From contig JAGVAW010000034.1 in NCBI GenBank assembly GCA_020060085.1, positions 1 through 48,540 on the forward strand: a stretch of DNA of 48,540 bases. The letters run 5' to 3'. Source of the stretch: Desulfobacterales bacterium (lineage in GTDB: Bacteria > Desulfobacterota > Desulfobacteria > Desulfobacterales > Desulfatibacillaceae). The notes under the pieces are model-generated. The model was not told the DNA's origin. It searched no databases and saw only the letters and a program-made list of their open reading frames with translations. How positions within the stretch are numbered: the stretch's first letter is position 1; each line of letters begins with the position of its first letter. This document shows, one piece after another, positions 34,024 through 43,789 of the stretch. Both the position numbers and the translations under genes were made by a program.

Positions 34024-34587
34024 ATGATACCAGAAGAGCGGCCATTTGTTGCACCGGACAAATACCACGAGCTTGAAGGCGTGCAGAAGATGCTTGCCGC
34101 CTGCATTCAATGCGGCACATGTTCAGGCTCGTGCCCCAATGCCTTTGCAATGGATGTCACCCCAAGAACCCTGTGGCGCATGGTGTTAAGGGGGGAAAAA
34201 GAGGCAATTTTTGCGACAAGGACCTTCATCTTGTGCTCATCCTGCTACTCCTGCACCCTGCGCTGCCCGCGCGGCCTGCCCCTTACCGAGGCAATGGGCG
34301 CATTGAAGCAGATAGCCTCCCGTGAGGGCCTTGCTCCGTACAAGGCAAGCACCCGCTTCTATGCAAGCTTTCTGGACAGCGTGCGCCGCCACGGCAGGGT
34401 TAGGGAAGGAGAGATGATGAGCCTTTACTTTATGTCCATGAAAAACCCGCTTCTGCCCCTGCAATTTGCGTCCCTGGGCATGAAACTCATGCTTAAGGGC
34501 AAGGTGGGCGCACCCTTTCCCACAAGGGGAAAAAGACCTTTGGAAGCACTTTTCAACAAGGTCATGCAACTGGAGAAAAACCCATGA
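34024..34587 (+). CDS. hdrC: HdrC-like heterodisulfide reductase subunit C
   Basis: Motifs CIQCGTCSGSCP and CSSCYSCTLRCP, at typical HdrC size. RBS AAGGAAG lies upstream. Confidence 0.8.
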   Translation: MIPEERPFVAPDKYHELEGVQKMLAACIQCGTCSGSCPNAFAMDVTPRTLWRMVLRGEKEAIFATRTFILCSSCYSCTLRCPRGLPLTEAMGALKQIASREGLAPYKASTRFYASFLDSVRRHGRVREGEMMSLYFMSMKNPLLPLQFASLGMKLMLKGKVGAPFPTRGKRPLEALFNKVMQLEKNP

Positions 34588-35492
34588 AATACTTTTATTA
34601 TCCGGGCTGCTCCCTGGAGGGCACAGCCCAGGAATACAGCCTTTCCACAACAGCGCTTCTGGCAGCATTGGGAGGCGAGATTGAGGAGCTGCCCGACTGG
34701 AACTGCTGCGGGGCAACGGCTGCCGAGTCCGTAAGCCGCCTGCTTTGTCTGGCGCTGCCGGCCCGTAACCTTGCCCTTGCAGAAAAGGCTGTGCCCGGCC
34801 AGGACATACTGGTTCCGTGCAGTGCCTGCTATTTGAACATGAGGCGGGCCTGGGACAAGGTTCGCCACGACCCGGCCACCCGCAGTCAGATAAACCAGAC
34901 CCTTGAAGAGGAGGGGCTTGCTGTTTCCGGCTCAACAAAGGTGCGCCACCTTTTGGATGTGCTTTGCCTGGATTTTGGCGCTGATGCTGTTTTTAAAAGG
35001 CTTCAACGCTCCCTGGCAGGCCTTGTTGTGGCCCCCTACTACGGGTGCCAGTGCTTGCGGCCATATCCGGTTTTCGATGACCCCGAAGCACCATCCTGCA
35101 TGGAGCCTCTCATACAGGCCACCGGCGCAAAGGTGCATCCCTGGAGCATGGGTGCCGTGTGCTGCGGGGCATCCCACATGACCACAAAAAAGGAGGTTGG
35201 CCTTGCCCTTGTGGGGGAGATTTTGGATGACGCCAAAGGCGCGGATGTGATTGTAACCGTCTGCCCCATGTGCCAGATGAATCTTGAGGCCCACCAGAAA
35301 AAAATCTCCAGACAAAGGGGCAAAGACCTTTCCATAAGCATACTCTATCTTCCCCAGCTTCTGGGGATGGCCCTTGGCCTGCCGGAAAAGGATTTGGGGC
35401 TGAAGTTGAATCTGGGCATAGCCCCCGGCTTTATGGAAAAACTGCGCTCGCCCCTTATGGCTTCCAAAACAAAAAAGGCGGATGCAGCATGA
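34584..35492 (+). CDS. hdrB: HdrB-like heterodisulfide reductase subunit B (two CCG domains)
   Basis: Motifs YYPGCSLEG...WNCCGA...VPCSACY and YYGCQC...AVCCGA...VCPMCQ. It overlaps hdrC by 4 nt. Confidence 0.85.
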   Translation: MKYFYYPGCSLEGTAQEYSLSTTALLAALGGEIEELPDWNCCGATAAESVSRLLCLALPARNLALAEKAVPGQDILVPCSACYLNMRRAWDKVRHDPATRSQINQTLEEEGLAVSGSTKVRHLLDVLCLDFGADAVFKRLQRSLAGLVVAPYYGCQCLRPYPVFDDPEAPSCMEPLIQATGAKVHPWSMGAVCCGASHMTTKKEVGLALVGEILDDAKGADVIVTVCPMCQMNLEAHQKKISRQRGKDLSISILYLPQLLGMALGLPEKDLGLKLNLGIAPGFMEKLRSPLMASKTKKADAA

Positions 35493-35531
35493 AAACGCCC
35501 CAGGCAGGCTGACAACAAAAAGGTTATTGCC

Positions 35532-37367
35532 TTGCAAAAAGGACTGCAAAACAAGGGCTGGACCCTGGCTTTAAAGGCAGGAATTGCAGCCGGAATAATC
35601 CTGATGGCAGGCGCGGCCATCTTGTGGCAGGGCCTTATCTGTTTTGGGCCAGGTTCCGCTGCCGGGCAGGGGGGCTTTCCCCTTTGGGCTGCAATAGCTT
35701 TTTTTATCTTTGCCGTAATCGCAATGACGGGTATTTTCCGACTGTTTTTTTCCCGCCACATATTGCACCCTGCCGGATACCTGATGGAGTGGCTGGAGCA
35801 AATGACCCAGGGCCGCCCGGCCAGGCCTGTTGATGGGGCTATCAAAGGCCCCCTTGAGGAGCTTGCCGGTGCCATAAGCCGCATGGGCGATAAAACCGTG
35901 CAAAAGCAAAAGGAGGCCAACCGCCAGAGGGATGAGTACCAGTATCTTTTTGAGCAGGTTCCCTGCCTCATCACCGTGCAGGCACGGGATTTCCGGCTCA
36001 TCCGCTACAACCAGGAATTTGCGGAAAAGTTCCACCCCCAGCCCGACGACTACTGCTATCACGCCTACAAGGGCCGAAGTGAGAAATGCGAAAACTGTCC
36101 GGTGGAAAGGGCCTTTGAAGACGGACAGACCCATATAACCGAAGAAGCCGCGTTAAGGCCGGACGGCAGCGTCACTCACTGGATAGCAAAGGCCGCCCCT
36201 GTGCGGGATGCTTCTGGCCGCATAGTTGCGGCAATGGAAATGAATCTGGACATAACCCGGCAGAAGCTTCTGGAAAAAAAGCTTTCCTTTTCCGAAAAAA
36301 ACTACCGCGAGATATTCAACAACATCCCCAACCCCGTGTTTGTTCTGGACAGGGCGGACCTGACCATTCTGGACTGCAACCAGAGCGTAAAAGCTGTTTA
36401 TGGCCATGAAAAGGCAGAGGTCATTGGCAGAGACTTTCTTGAGCTTTTTGTAAATGACAGACAGGTCACAGCCCTTGAACTGCCTAAAAAATCCCTTTGG
36501 GAAAAGGTTCGCCAAACCAAAAAGGACAACAGCACCCTTTTTGCAGAGCTTTCCGTAACGCCATCAGAATACGGCGGCAGGCAGGCCCTTCTTGTAATTG
36601 CAAATGACATAACAGGAAAGCTTGAGGCTGAAAGGCAGCTTATTCAGGCAGGCAAAATGGCCACCGTGGGGCAGATGGCCACAGGGGTTGCCCATGAGCT
36701 TAATCAGCCCCTTTCGGTCATCAAGACAGGCAGCAGCTTTCTGGCCCGCAAAATTGAGCGCAACGAGCCTGTTGACGCCCAGACCATGGCCCGCCTGCTT
36801 TCAAAAATAGATTCAAATGTGGATCGGGCTACCAAGATAATCACCCACATGCGCCAGTTTGGCAGAATGAGCGATATGCAGCTTGCCCAGGTGAATGTGA
36901 ATGATGTTTTGGCAAAGGCTTCGGAAATGTTTAGCCAGCAGCTTAAAGTAAGGGGCATTGAAGTCAAATGGGAGCTTGAAAAGGACATACCCGTTGTGGA
37001 GGCAGACCCGGATCGGCTTGAGCAGGTGTTCATAAACCTTGTATTGAACGCGCGGGATGCCATTGAAAGCAAGTGGGAGGACGGGAAACCCGGCAAAAAT
37101 GGCGACTCCATCATTATAAGCACTCTGAAGGATAAAAAGTTCGTTACCATAAAGGTTGCAGACACCGGGCCTGGCATACCGGAGCACATTGCAGATAAAA
37201 TCTTCGAGCCTTTTTTCACCACCAAGGAGGTGGGCAGGGGTTCGGGGCTGGGTCTTTCCATAAGCTACGGCATAATAAAAGACTGCAAGGGGGATATCTC
37301 GGTACAATCCCGGCCCGGAAAAGGGACGGTTTTCACCATCCGGATACCCCAGAAGGAATATTCATGA
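35532..37367 (+). CDS. Membrane sensor histidine kinase (2 TM - linker - 2 PAS - HisKA - HATPase)
   Basis: Hydrophobic segments [23 protein letters not shown] and [22 protein letters not shown]-box [38 protein letters not shown]. The start is a TTG, so the exact start is uncertain. Confidence 0.85.
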   Translation: MQKGLQNKGWTLALKAGIAAGIILMAGAAILWQGLICFGPGSAAGQGGFPLWAAIAFFIFAVIAMTGIFRLFFSRHILHPAGYLMEWLEQMTQGRPARPVDGAIKGPLEELAGAISRMGDKTVQKQKEANRQRDEYQYLFEQVPCLITVQARDFRLIRYNQEFAEKFHPQPDDYCYHAYKGRSEKCENCPVERAFEDGQTHITEEAALRPDGSVTHWIAKAAPVRDASGRIVAAMEMNLDITRQKLLEKKLSFSEKNYREIFNNIPNPVFVLDRADLTILDCNQSVKAVYGHEKAEVIGRDFLELFVNDRQVTALELPKKSLWEKVRQTKKDNSTLFAELSVTPSEYGGRQALLVIANDITGKLEAERQLIQAGKMATVGQMATGVAHELNQPLSVIKTGSSFLARKIERNEPVDAQTMARLLSKIDSNVDRATKIITHMRQFGRMSDMQLAQVNVNDVLAKASEMFSQQLKVRGIEVKWELEKDIPVVEADPDRLEQVFINLVLNARDAIESKWEDGKPGKNGDSIIISTLKDKKFVTIKVADTGPGIPEHIADKIFEPFFTTKEVGRGSGLGLSISYGIIKDCKGDISVQSRPGKGTVFTIRIPQKEYS

Positions 37368-38524
37368 AAAACGGCCCCATCTTAATAGTGGATGACGAGG
37401 CGGACATCCGTGAAACCCTGGAGATATTTCTCCTGGATGCTGGCTACATGGTTCTTACCGCTGAAAACGGCGAAAAGGCCCTTGAGATTTACGGCCAGTC
37501 GCCAACCCCCATAACCATTGCGGATATAAAGATGCCTGCAATGGACGGCATTGAGCTTTTAAACCGCATAAAGCGCATAAACCCGGAGGCGGAAGTCATA
37601 ATGATAACCGGCCACGGGGACATGGATCTTGCCATAAAGAGCCTTAAAAGCCAGGCCACGGATTTCATCACCAAGCCCATACGCATTGAAGCCCTGGAAG
37701 TGGCCTTAAACCGCGCCAGGGAGCGCATACTCACCCGGCAGATGCTTAAAGAGTACACCCAGAACCTGGAAAGGCTGCTTCAGGAAAAGCTTGAGCTGCA
37801 AGATCACCTCTCCCAGCTTGGCGTGATGATAGGTTCCATATCCCACAGCATAAAGGGTCTTTTAACAGGCCTGGACGGGGGCCTTTACATGCTGGAATGC
37901 GCCATCAAGGAAGGCAATGCCAAGGATGTGGACCAGAATATGGAGGTGATAAAAGGCGTGGCAGACAAAATCCGCAGGCTGGTTTTGGACATTCTGCTCT
38001 ACGCCAAAAAAAGGAGTCTGGAATGGGAGGCTGTTGATGTTGCAGGCTTTGTAAAGGATTTGGCAAGCGTTGTGGATCGCAAGATAAAGGACTCCGGCAT
38101 TCGTTTTGAATGGAACATGGACCCGGTCGTGGGAAGAGCGGAAATGGATCCGGGCCTTCTCCATTGTGCGCTTATAAATCTGATTGACAATGCAGTTGAC
38201 GCCTGCCTCAAGGATGTCAAAAAGGAGCACAGGGTAAGCCTGACTGTGAAGGAGGAAAAGGGCTTTATCGTGTTTGTGGTCTCCGACAACGGAACAGGCA
38301 TGGACATGGACACAGTGGCCCGCCTGTTTACACTCTTTTTTTCCACAAAAGGCAAAAAAGGGACAGGTTTTGGCCTTTTCATCTCAAAAAAAATTGTGGA
38401 GCAGCATGGCGGCTCAATAACTGTGGATTCCCATCCCGGAAGAGGCTCGCGTTTTTCCATAAGGCTGCCCCGAATTCTGCCCGAAGAAATAAAGCAGGAA
38501 CAACCTGAAAAATTAGATGATTAA
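37364..38524 (+). CDS. Hybrid REC - histidine kinase
   Basis: Motifs ILIVDDEADIRE...ITIADIKMPAMDG...MITGHG...ITKP. H-box-like SISHSIKG. NLIDNAVDAC, DNGTGMD, GTGFGLFISKKIV. It overlaps the upstream kinase gene by 4 nt. Confidence 0.85.
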   Translation: MKNGPILIVDDEADIRETLEIFLLDAGYMVLTAENGEKALEIYGQSPTPITIADIKMPAMDGIELLNRIKRINPEAEVIMITGHGDMDLAIKSLKSQATDFITKPIRIEALEVALNRARERILTRQMLKEYTQNLERLLQEKLELQDHLSQLGVMIGSISHSIKGLLTGLDGGLYMLECAIKEGNAKDVDQNMEVIKGVADKIRRLVLDILLYAKKRSLEWEAVDVAGFVKDLASVVDRKIKDSGIRFEWNMDPVVGRAEMDPGLLHCALINLIDNAVDACLKDVKKEHRVSLTVKEEKGFIVFVVSDNGTGMDMDTVARLFTLFFSTKGKKGTGFGLFISKKIVEQHGGSITVDSHPGRGSRFSIRLPRILPEEIKQEQPEKLDD

Positions 38525-38587
38525 AAAGCTTGAGACCAGATTGCAAATCCTCTTTTTGTGCTTGCCTGGCAACGGCAGTTTGGCCCC

Positions 38588-40771
38588 TTATTCCTGTTGC
38601 AGCCTTCGGGTAAGGCGGGTGCGGCGTAGTGAGGGGGTATTGTTGGCAATGGCAATGCTCACAGCCTTTGGGCTGCCAACCAGCACAAGCAGTTGTTTGG
38701 CGCGGGTTATGCCCGTGTAAAGCAGGTTCCGCTGAAGCATGACAAAGTGGCTGTTCGATAGGAGCAAAATGACAGCCTGGTATTCCGAACCCTGGCTCTT
38801 GTGCACGGAGATGGCGTAAGCCAGGGTGATTTCATCAAGCTCGTTAAAAGAGTATTCAACAAGCTGATTGTCAAAAGCAATGGTGAGCAGGCCCGCATCA
38901 GCCTCAATGCTTTTTATTGTGCCTATGTCTCCGTTAAAAACCTCCTTGGAGTAGTTGTTTTTAAGCTGCATCACCTTGTCGCCCACCTTCAGGCGGCGGC
39001 CCATTTTTTCTATGTAAAATGTTGCCGGGTTAAGGGCCTCCTGCAGGGCATTGTTGAGGTTTATGGTGCCTGCAGGGCCTTTGTGCATGGGGGTAAGCAC
39101 CTGGATTTGGGTCATGGGGTCCAGCCCAAAGGCCGATGGAATGCGCTCCTTGCAAAGGGCAAGAGTTTTGCTCACAAGGTTGGCTTGGTTTTCTTCGGCT
39201 ATGAAGTAAAAGTCCGGGCGGTCATTTTGGGAGTCGGCATTGGGGGGGGATGGCTGACTTGGGGCCTCCAGAAGCAAATCCATGCCCTGGTTCACCCGGT
39301 GTGCATTTTGCACAATAAGGCTTTTTGCCACCTGCCGGAAAATGCGCGAAAGTTTGAAAATCGGCACAAGGCCTGAAGCAATGATGTCCTTCAAAGCATT
39401 GCCCGGCCCAACAGGCGGAAGCTGGGACACATCCCCCACAAGTACGAGCACGGCAGTCATGGGAATGGCCCTTTGCAGGTGGAACATCAGGAAGGTGTCC
39501 ACCATGCTGGCCTCGTCAATGATCACAACCTCCGTATCAAGAGGGTCATCCTCATTTTTCAAAAAGGTGTCCCGCATAAAATCGTAGTGCAAAAGCCGGT
39601 GTATGGTTGTGGCCTCGCGGCCTGTCACCTCCCCCAGTCGCTTGGCGGCCCGGCCTGTTGGCGCGGCAAGCATCACCCTTTGGCCTGCTGCATCGTAAAT
39701 CTGCAAAATGGAGCGCACAAGGGTTGTCTTGCCTGTGCCCGGCCCGCCGGTGATAACGGAAAAGCGGTTTTGGGTAACCTTGTGGGCCACTTCAAGCTGC
39801 TGGTCCGAAAGGGCAATGGCCAGCCGGTTGTGGACCCTTTCAAGAATGTCCTTGTCTGAAAGGGAAAGGCCCGTAAACGGCACGGACAAAAAGGCCCTTA
39901 TGCGCCGTGCCAGGCCCCTTTCCACATGAAAAAAGGTGGGCAGATAAACATCCGGCTCCTTTGGGGAATCCTGCCTGTCCAGAATGACTGCATCCCGGCC
40001 TGCAAGGCGGGATATGGCTTCTTGGATGACGGATTCGTCTGCTTCAAGAAGATTGGCAGCCTGCCTGACCAGCTCGCCTTGGGGCAAGTAGAAATGCCCG
40101 TCAGATGCGGATTCGCCCAAGGCGTGAAGAACACCTGCGTCCATGCGGGCCGGAGCATCCTTGGGAATGCCAAGCTTTGCGCCTATGGCATCTGCTGTGG
40201 CAAAGCCAAAGCCGCTAACCTCAAGGGCTAGGCGGTAGGGATTTTCCCGCAATACCACCGCTGCATTTTGGCCGTATGCTTCAAAAATCTTGGCGCTGTG
40301 GCCAGGGCCTATGCCGTGGGCGGCCATAAACATCATGGTCTCTCGCTGTGTGCGCTTTTCCTGCCAGTCTTCCATTATTGTTTTGAGTGTGGATGGGCCT
40401 ATCCCATGAACATTCAAGAGCCTTTTTGGCTCCGTGTCCAGAATGAGGATGGTGTCCTGGCCAAAATAATCCACAATGCGCGAAGCAAGAGCCGGGCCGA
40501 TGCCCTTTATCATGCCTGAACCCAGGTACTCCTTTATGCCGTCAAGGGTGCCGGGCATGATGACAGAGTAAGATTCAACCCTGAACTGCTCGCCAAAGCG
40601 GTCATGGGTTTCCCATCGTCCATCAAGACGAAGGCGCTCTCCAACATTCAGGCGGCCAAGGCTGCCAAGAATTGGCACAATACCATCCTTGGTGTCCAGC
40701 CGCGCTATTACAAAGAGGTTTTCCTCATTAAAATAGGTGATGCTGCAAACCCGGCCTTCAATCTGGGGCAT
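38588..40771 (-). CDS. recD2: RecD2-type SF1B ATP-dependent DNA helicase
   Basis: An HhH-rich N-terminal half (IKGIGPALASRIV, VHGIGPSTLKTI, AHGIGPGHSAKI). Walker A ITGGPGTGKTT, Walker B VIIDEASMVD, and C-terminal AYAISVHKSQGSEY...LLYTGITRAK. Confidence 0.85.
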   Translation of the reverse strand: MPQIEGRVCSITYFNEENLFVIARLDTKDGIVPILGSLGRLNVGERLRLDGRWETHDRFGEQFRVESYSVIMPGTLDGIKEYLGSGMIKGIGPALASRIVDYFGQDTILILDTEPKRLLNVHGIGPSTLKTIMEDWQEKRTQRETMMFMAAHGIGPGHSAKIFEAYGQNAAVVLRENPYRLALEVSGFGFATADAIGAKLGIPKDAPARMDAGVLHALGESASDGHFYLPQGELVRQAANLLEADESVIQEAISRLAGRDAVILDRQDSPKEPDVYLPTFFHVERGLARRIRAFLSVPFTGLSLSDKDILERVHNRLAIALSDQQLEVAHKVTQNRFSVITGGPGTGKTTLVRSILQIYDAAGQRVMLAAPTGRAAKRLGEVTGREATTIHRLLHYDFMRDTFLKNEDDPLDTEVVIIDEASMVDTFLMFHLQRAIPMTAVLVLVGDVSQLPPVGPGNALKDIIASGLVPIFKLSRIFRQVAKSLIVQNAHRVNQGMDLLLEAPSQPSPPNADSQNDRPDFYFIAEENQANLVSKTLALCKERIPSAFGLDPMTQIQVLTPMHKGPAGTINLNNALQEALNPATFYIEKMGRRLKVGDKVMQLKNNYSKEVFNGDIGTIKSIEADAGLLTIAFDNQLVEYSFNELDEITLAYAISVHKSQGSEYQAVILLLSNSHFVMLQRNLLYTGITRAKQLLVLVGSPKAVSIAIANNTPSLRRTRLTRRLQQE

Positions 40772-40774
40772 AAT

Positions 40775-41332
40775 TCACCCTTGCCTGCCCTTGCCGCATA
40801 TAAAATGGGCGGCTTCCAAAAGGTCATTGGCAACAAAATCCACCTTAATGCCAAGCTCTGCATACTGGTGCTGGGCCTTCAAACCATTGCCAGTCCTCAC
40901 AAGAACAGCCCTTGCAAGGCTCGCCCGGTTGGCTGCCTCCATGTCCTTTAGGCTGTCGCCCACCATTACGGCATCAGAGGGCATTATGCCATGCTTTGCC
41001 ATTGCCTGCAAAATAAGCCCCGGCGCAGGCTTGCGGCAGTTGCAGGCTTCTTCGGGCCTGTGGGGGCAATAAAATATTTCCTTTATGCACCCTCCGGCCT
41101 CTTCTATGCCGCTTGCCATGCGTCTGTGCATATCCTCCAGGGTTTTAACGCTCACCATGCCCCTGTTGATTACAGACTGGTTTGTCACCACAAAAACATC
41201 AAGGCCCACATTGCACAGCAAAGCAATGGCCTGCCTGCTGGAAGGCAAAAACTCAAACTCTTCCCAACTTTTTATGTAGTCGGGCGAGTCACGGTTAATC
41301 ACCCCATCCCTGTCCAAAAAAACAGCTTTCAT
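40775..41332 (-). CDS. gmhB: HAD-IIIA phosphatase, D,D-heptose 1,7-bisphosphate phosphatase (GmhB)-like
   Basis: Motifs AVFLDRDGVIN, VVTNQS, CxC motif CNCRKPAPG, and MVGDSLKDMEAA. The ATG at 41332 is preferred. The ORF track start at 41374 is a TTG. Confidence 0.7.
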   Translation of the reverse strand: MKAVFLDRDGVINRDSPDYIKSWEEFEFLPSSRQAIALLCNVGLDVFVVTNQSVINRGMVSVKTLEDMHRRMASGIEEAGGCIKEIFYCPHRPEEACNCRKPAPGLILQAMAKHGIMPSDAVMVGDSLKDMEAANRASLARAVLVRTGNGLKAQHQYAELGIKVDFVANDLLEAAHFICGKGRQG

Positions 41333-41650
41333 GTCTGCCTGCTTCAATGGTTGTTTGAAAAAACCCGGGTTCAAAAAGCCAAATAGCGCGCTCTTTATAT
41401 TTTATCAAGCCAAATCAGCATATTAAATGGCGATGGGCACTTTTTTTACAACCAATCCCTTATTTTGTCCCGGCAAATAAATTTTTTCGGCTTCCTTGCC
41501 GGGCGCTCCTTATTATGTTATTGCAAATTACATCAATTGTTGGAATAAGCTGATGGAAAAGTCAGCGGCATGATATTGAAAGCTCCAAAACAGGTTATTC
41601 ATCCATATTCAGGTTGTTTTTTCTAACCCCCAGGCAGGAAGGTGAAAGCC

Positions 41651-43789
41651 ATGCCCGAAAGCCCAAGGCCGGACGCGGAAAAGAATCTTTTTTCCGAGTT
41701 TGGGCCCACAGACTACGAAACCTGGAAAGAGGCGGCCATTGAAAGCCTCAAGGGTGCGCCCTTTGAGAAAAAGGTGTTCACGCCCACCTATGAAGGAATA
41801 ACCCTTTCCCCCATGTACTGGCCAAAGGATGTCGAGGCCCTTGTTCATGCGGCCTCCATGCCCGGCCTTACACCCTTTGTGCGCCACGGGCGGCCCGCAG
41901 GGTACCTGGATAAGCCCTGGGGCATTGCCCAGAAGCTTGACGAGCCTCTGCCCGAAGCCTTTAACGAGGTTCTTCTCCATGACCTTACAAAAGGCCAGAC
42001 AGCCCTCACCCTTGGGCTGGACAGCACCACCGCAAAAGGCCTGGATGCAGACGCCGCGCCGGACAAGGCCCCTGACGGACTGGCCCTATGCACCCCAAAA
42101 GATTTTGCCGCTGCCTTTGACAGCGTGGATTTTGCCAATCTGCCCCTTATCTGCCATGCAGGGGCAAACAGCCTGGGGCTTCTGGCCTTTTTTGCAGAAT
42201 TTGTGCAGAGCCAGGGCCGCCCAACAGCCGACCTTAACGGCATTGTGGGCGCAGACCCCCTTGGCGTGCTTGCTGTTGAAGGCAGCCTGCCCGTCAACCT
42301 GGAGGATGCCTGCAACCTGCTTGCTGCTGCTGCTGCCTGGGCAGGCAAAAACGCACCCAACCTTCGCACCGTGTTTGTAAACGCCTCAAATTACCACAAT
42401 GCAGGCGCAAGTGCGGTGGAGGAGCTTGGCTTTGCCCTTGCCACAGGCGTTTTTTACGCAAGGCAGCTTGTGGAAAGAGGCCTCTCTGCTGATGATGCTG
42501 CCATGACAATAGGCTTTGAATTTAGCCTGGGCCGCAACTTTTTTATGGAAATAGCAAAGCTGCGGGCTGCGCGCCTTGTGTGGAGCCAGGTAATGGAGGC
42601 CATAGGCGCAGGCAAGACAGCTCAACGCATGGTCATTCATGGCCGCACCTCTTGGTGGACAAAGACAAAGTACGACCCATTTGTGAATATGCTGCGAAAC
42701 ACAACTGAAGTCTTTGCAGGGGCAATGGGCGGGGCAGATACCATTGAGGCCGCGCCCTTTGATGAGCCTGTGCGGCCAGCAGGCGAGTTTAGCCGCAGGG
42801 TTTCCCGCAATCTGCAAATACTTCTCCAGCAGGAAAGCCACTTTGTGCAGCCCATTGACCCGTCCGGCGGGTCCTGGGCTGTGGAAAGCCTTACCCATGA
42901 GCTTGCCAGCAAGGCATGGGAGCTTTTCCGGCAGGTCGAGGGCATGGGCAGCATGGCAAAGGCAATTTTGCAGGGCTTTTGCTCCCAGACAGCCCAGGCC
43001 ACTGCCCTTGCCCGCAAAAAGGATCTTTACAAGCGCAAGGAATCATTCATCGGCACCAACCTGCACCCCAACCCCGGCGAAAAGCCCCTTTCCCCCACGG
43101 GCAGCGACCCGGCTGCTGTGCAGGAAAGGCGGGCAGGGGCATTGAAAGCTTTTCGGACAGGCCAGGATGCTGCAAAGGTAAATGCCGCCCTTGCAGCCCT
43201 TGGCCAGGCACCGGACATGGAAAAGGCCCTTGATGCCGTGAAGGCAGGGGCAACCCTGGGCCAGGTGACAGCCGCACTTTACCAGAAGGCAGCGCCCGGC
43301 CAAAAAACCCAGGCCCTTGTCTGCGAGCGGGGGGCTGTTCCCTTTGAAAAACTGCGCGAAAGCATGGATGCCTTTGTGGCAGCAGGCAACAGCAGGCCCA
43401 AAATCTTTCTTGCCAACATCGGCCCCATTCCCCAGCACAAGGCCCGTGCGGATTTTTCCACCGGCTTTTTTGCATCCGGCGGATTTGAAATGGTCCGCAA
43501 CAAGGGCTTTGAAGACCCGTCAGCAGCAGCCCAGGCCTTTGCCCAGTCGGGAGCCGCCATTGCTGTCATCTGCTCAACAGACAAGGTTTACCCTGAAGTT
43601 GTGCCTGCCCTTGTGCCGCTTCTCAAACAGGCTGTGGGCAATTCCACGGTGCTGCTTGCAGGCAGGCCTGCCAAGGAGCTTGAGCAGGCCTACAAGGATG
43701 CGGGCCTGGACGGGGCAATCTATTTGGGGGCAGACTGCTACACAACTGTGAAAAACATCCAGCAAAAATGCGGAGTGAGCCATGAGTAA
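41651..43789 (+). CDS. mutA: Methylmalonyl-CoA mutase small (beta, non-catalytic) subunit
   Basis: It is MCM-fold-like throughout. The C-terminal Rossmann part ([24 protein letters not shown]) lacks the DxHxxG cobalamin motif. It overlaps the large subunit gene by 8 nt. The ATG at 41651 follows AGGAAGG, and a GTG alternative lies at 41642. Confidence 0.8.
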   Translation: MPESPRPDAEKNLFSEFGPTDYETWKEAAIESLKGAPFEKKVFTPTYEGITLSPMYWPKDVEALVHAASMPGLTPFVRHGRPAGYLDKPWGIAQKLDEPLPEAFNEVLLHDLTKGQTALTLGLDSTTAKGLDADAAPDKAPDGLALCTPKDFAAAFDSVDFANLPLICHAGANSLGLLAFFAEFVQSQGRPTADLNGIVGADPLGVLAVEGSLPVNLEDACNLLAAAAAWAGKNAPNLRTVFVNASNYHNAGASAVEELGFALATGVFYARQLVERGLSADDAAMTIGFEFSLGRNFFMEIAKLRAARLVWSQVMEAIGAGKTAQRMVIHGRTSWWTKTKYDPFVNMLRNTTEVFAGAMGGADTIEAAPFDEPVRPAGEFSRRVSRNLQILLQQESHFVQPIDPSGGSWAVESLTHELASKAWELFRQVEGMGSMAKAILQGFCSQTAQATALARKKDLYKRKESFIGTNLHPNPGEKPLSPTGSDPAAVQERRAGALKAFRTGQDAAKVNAALAALGQAPDMEKALDAVKAGATLGQVTAALYQKAAPGQKTQALVCERGAVPFEKLRESMDAFVAAGNSRPKIFLANIGPIPQHKARADFSTGFFASGGFEMVRNKGFEDPSAAAQAFAQSGAAIAVICSTDKVYPEVVPALVPLLKQAVGNSTVLLAGRPAKELEQAYKDAGLDGAIYLGADCYTTVKNIQQKCGVSHE

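Noticed and set aside
41435-41450. Sigma54-like motif GGGCAC-N5-TTACA upstream of the methylmalonyl-CoA mutase genes.
   Set aside because: The invariant -12 GC is replaced by AC. The site lies about 200 nt from the start codon. No activator gene is adjacent.
41375-41650. Possible cobalamin riboswitch, or another leader RNA, in the 276-nt region upstream of the B12-dependent mutase. The region includes the hairpin CCCGGCAA...TTGCCGGG at 41469..41503.
   Set aside because: No B12-box-like GCCACTG core or other riboswitch signature could be recognised by eye. The hairpin has a 19-nt loop and no U-tract. Its function is unsupported without covariance-model searches.
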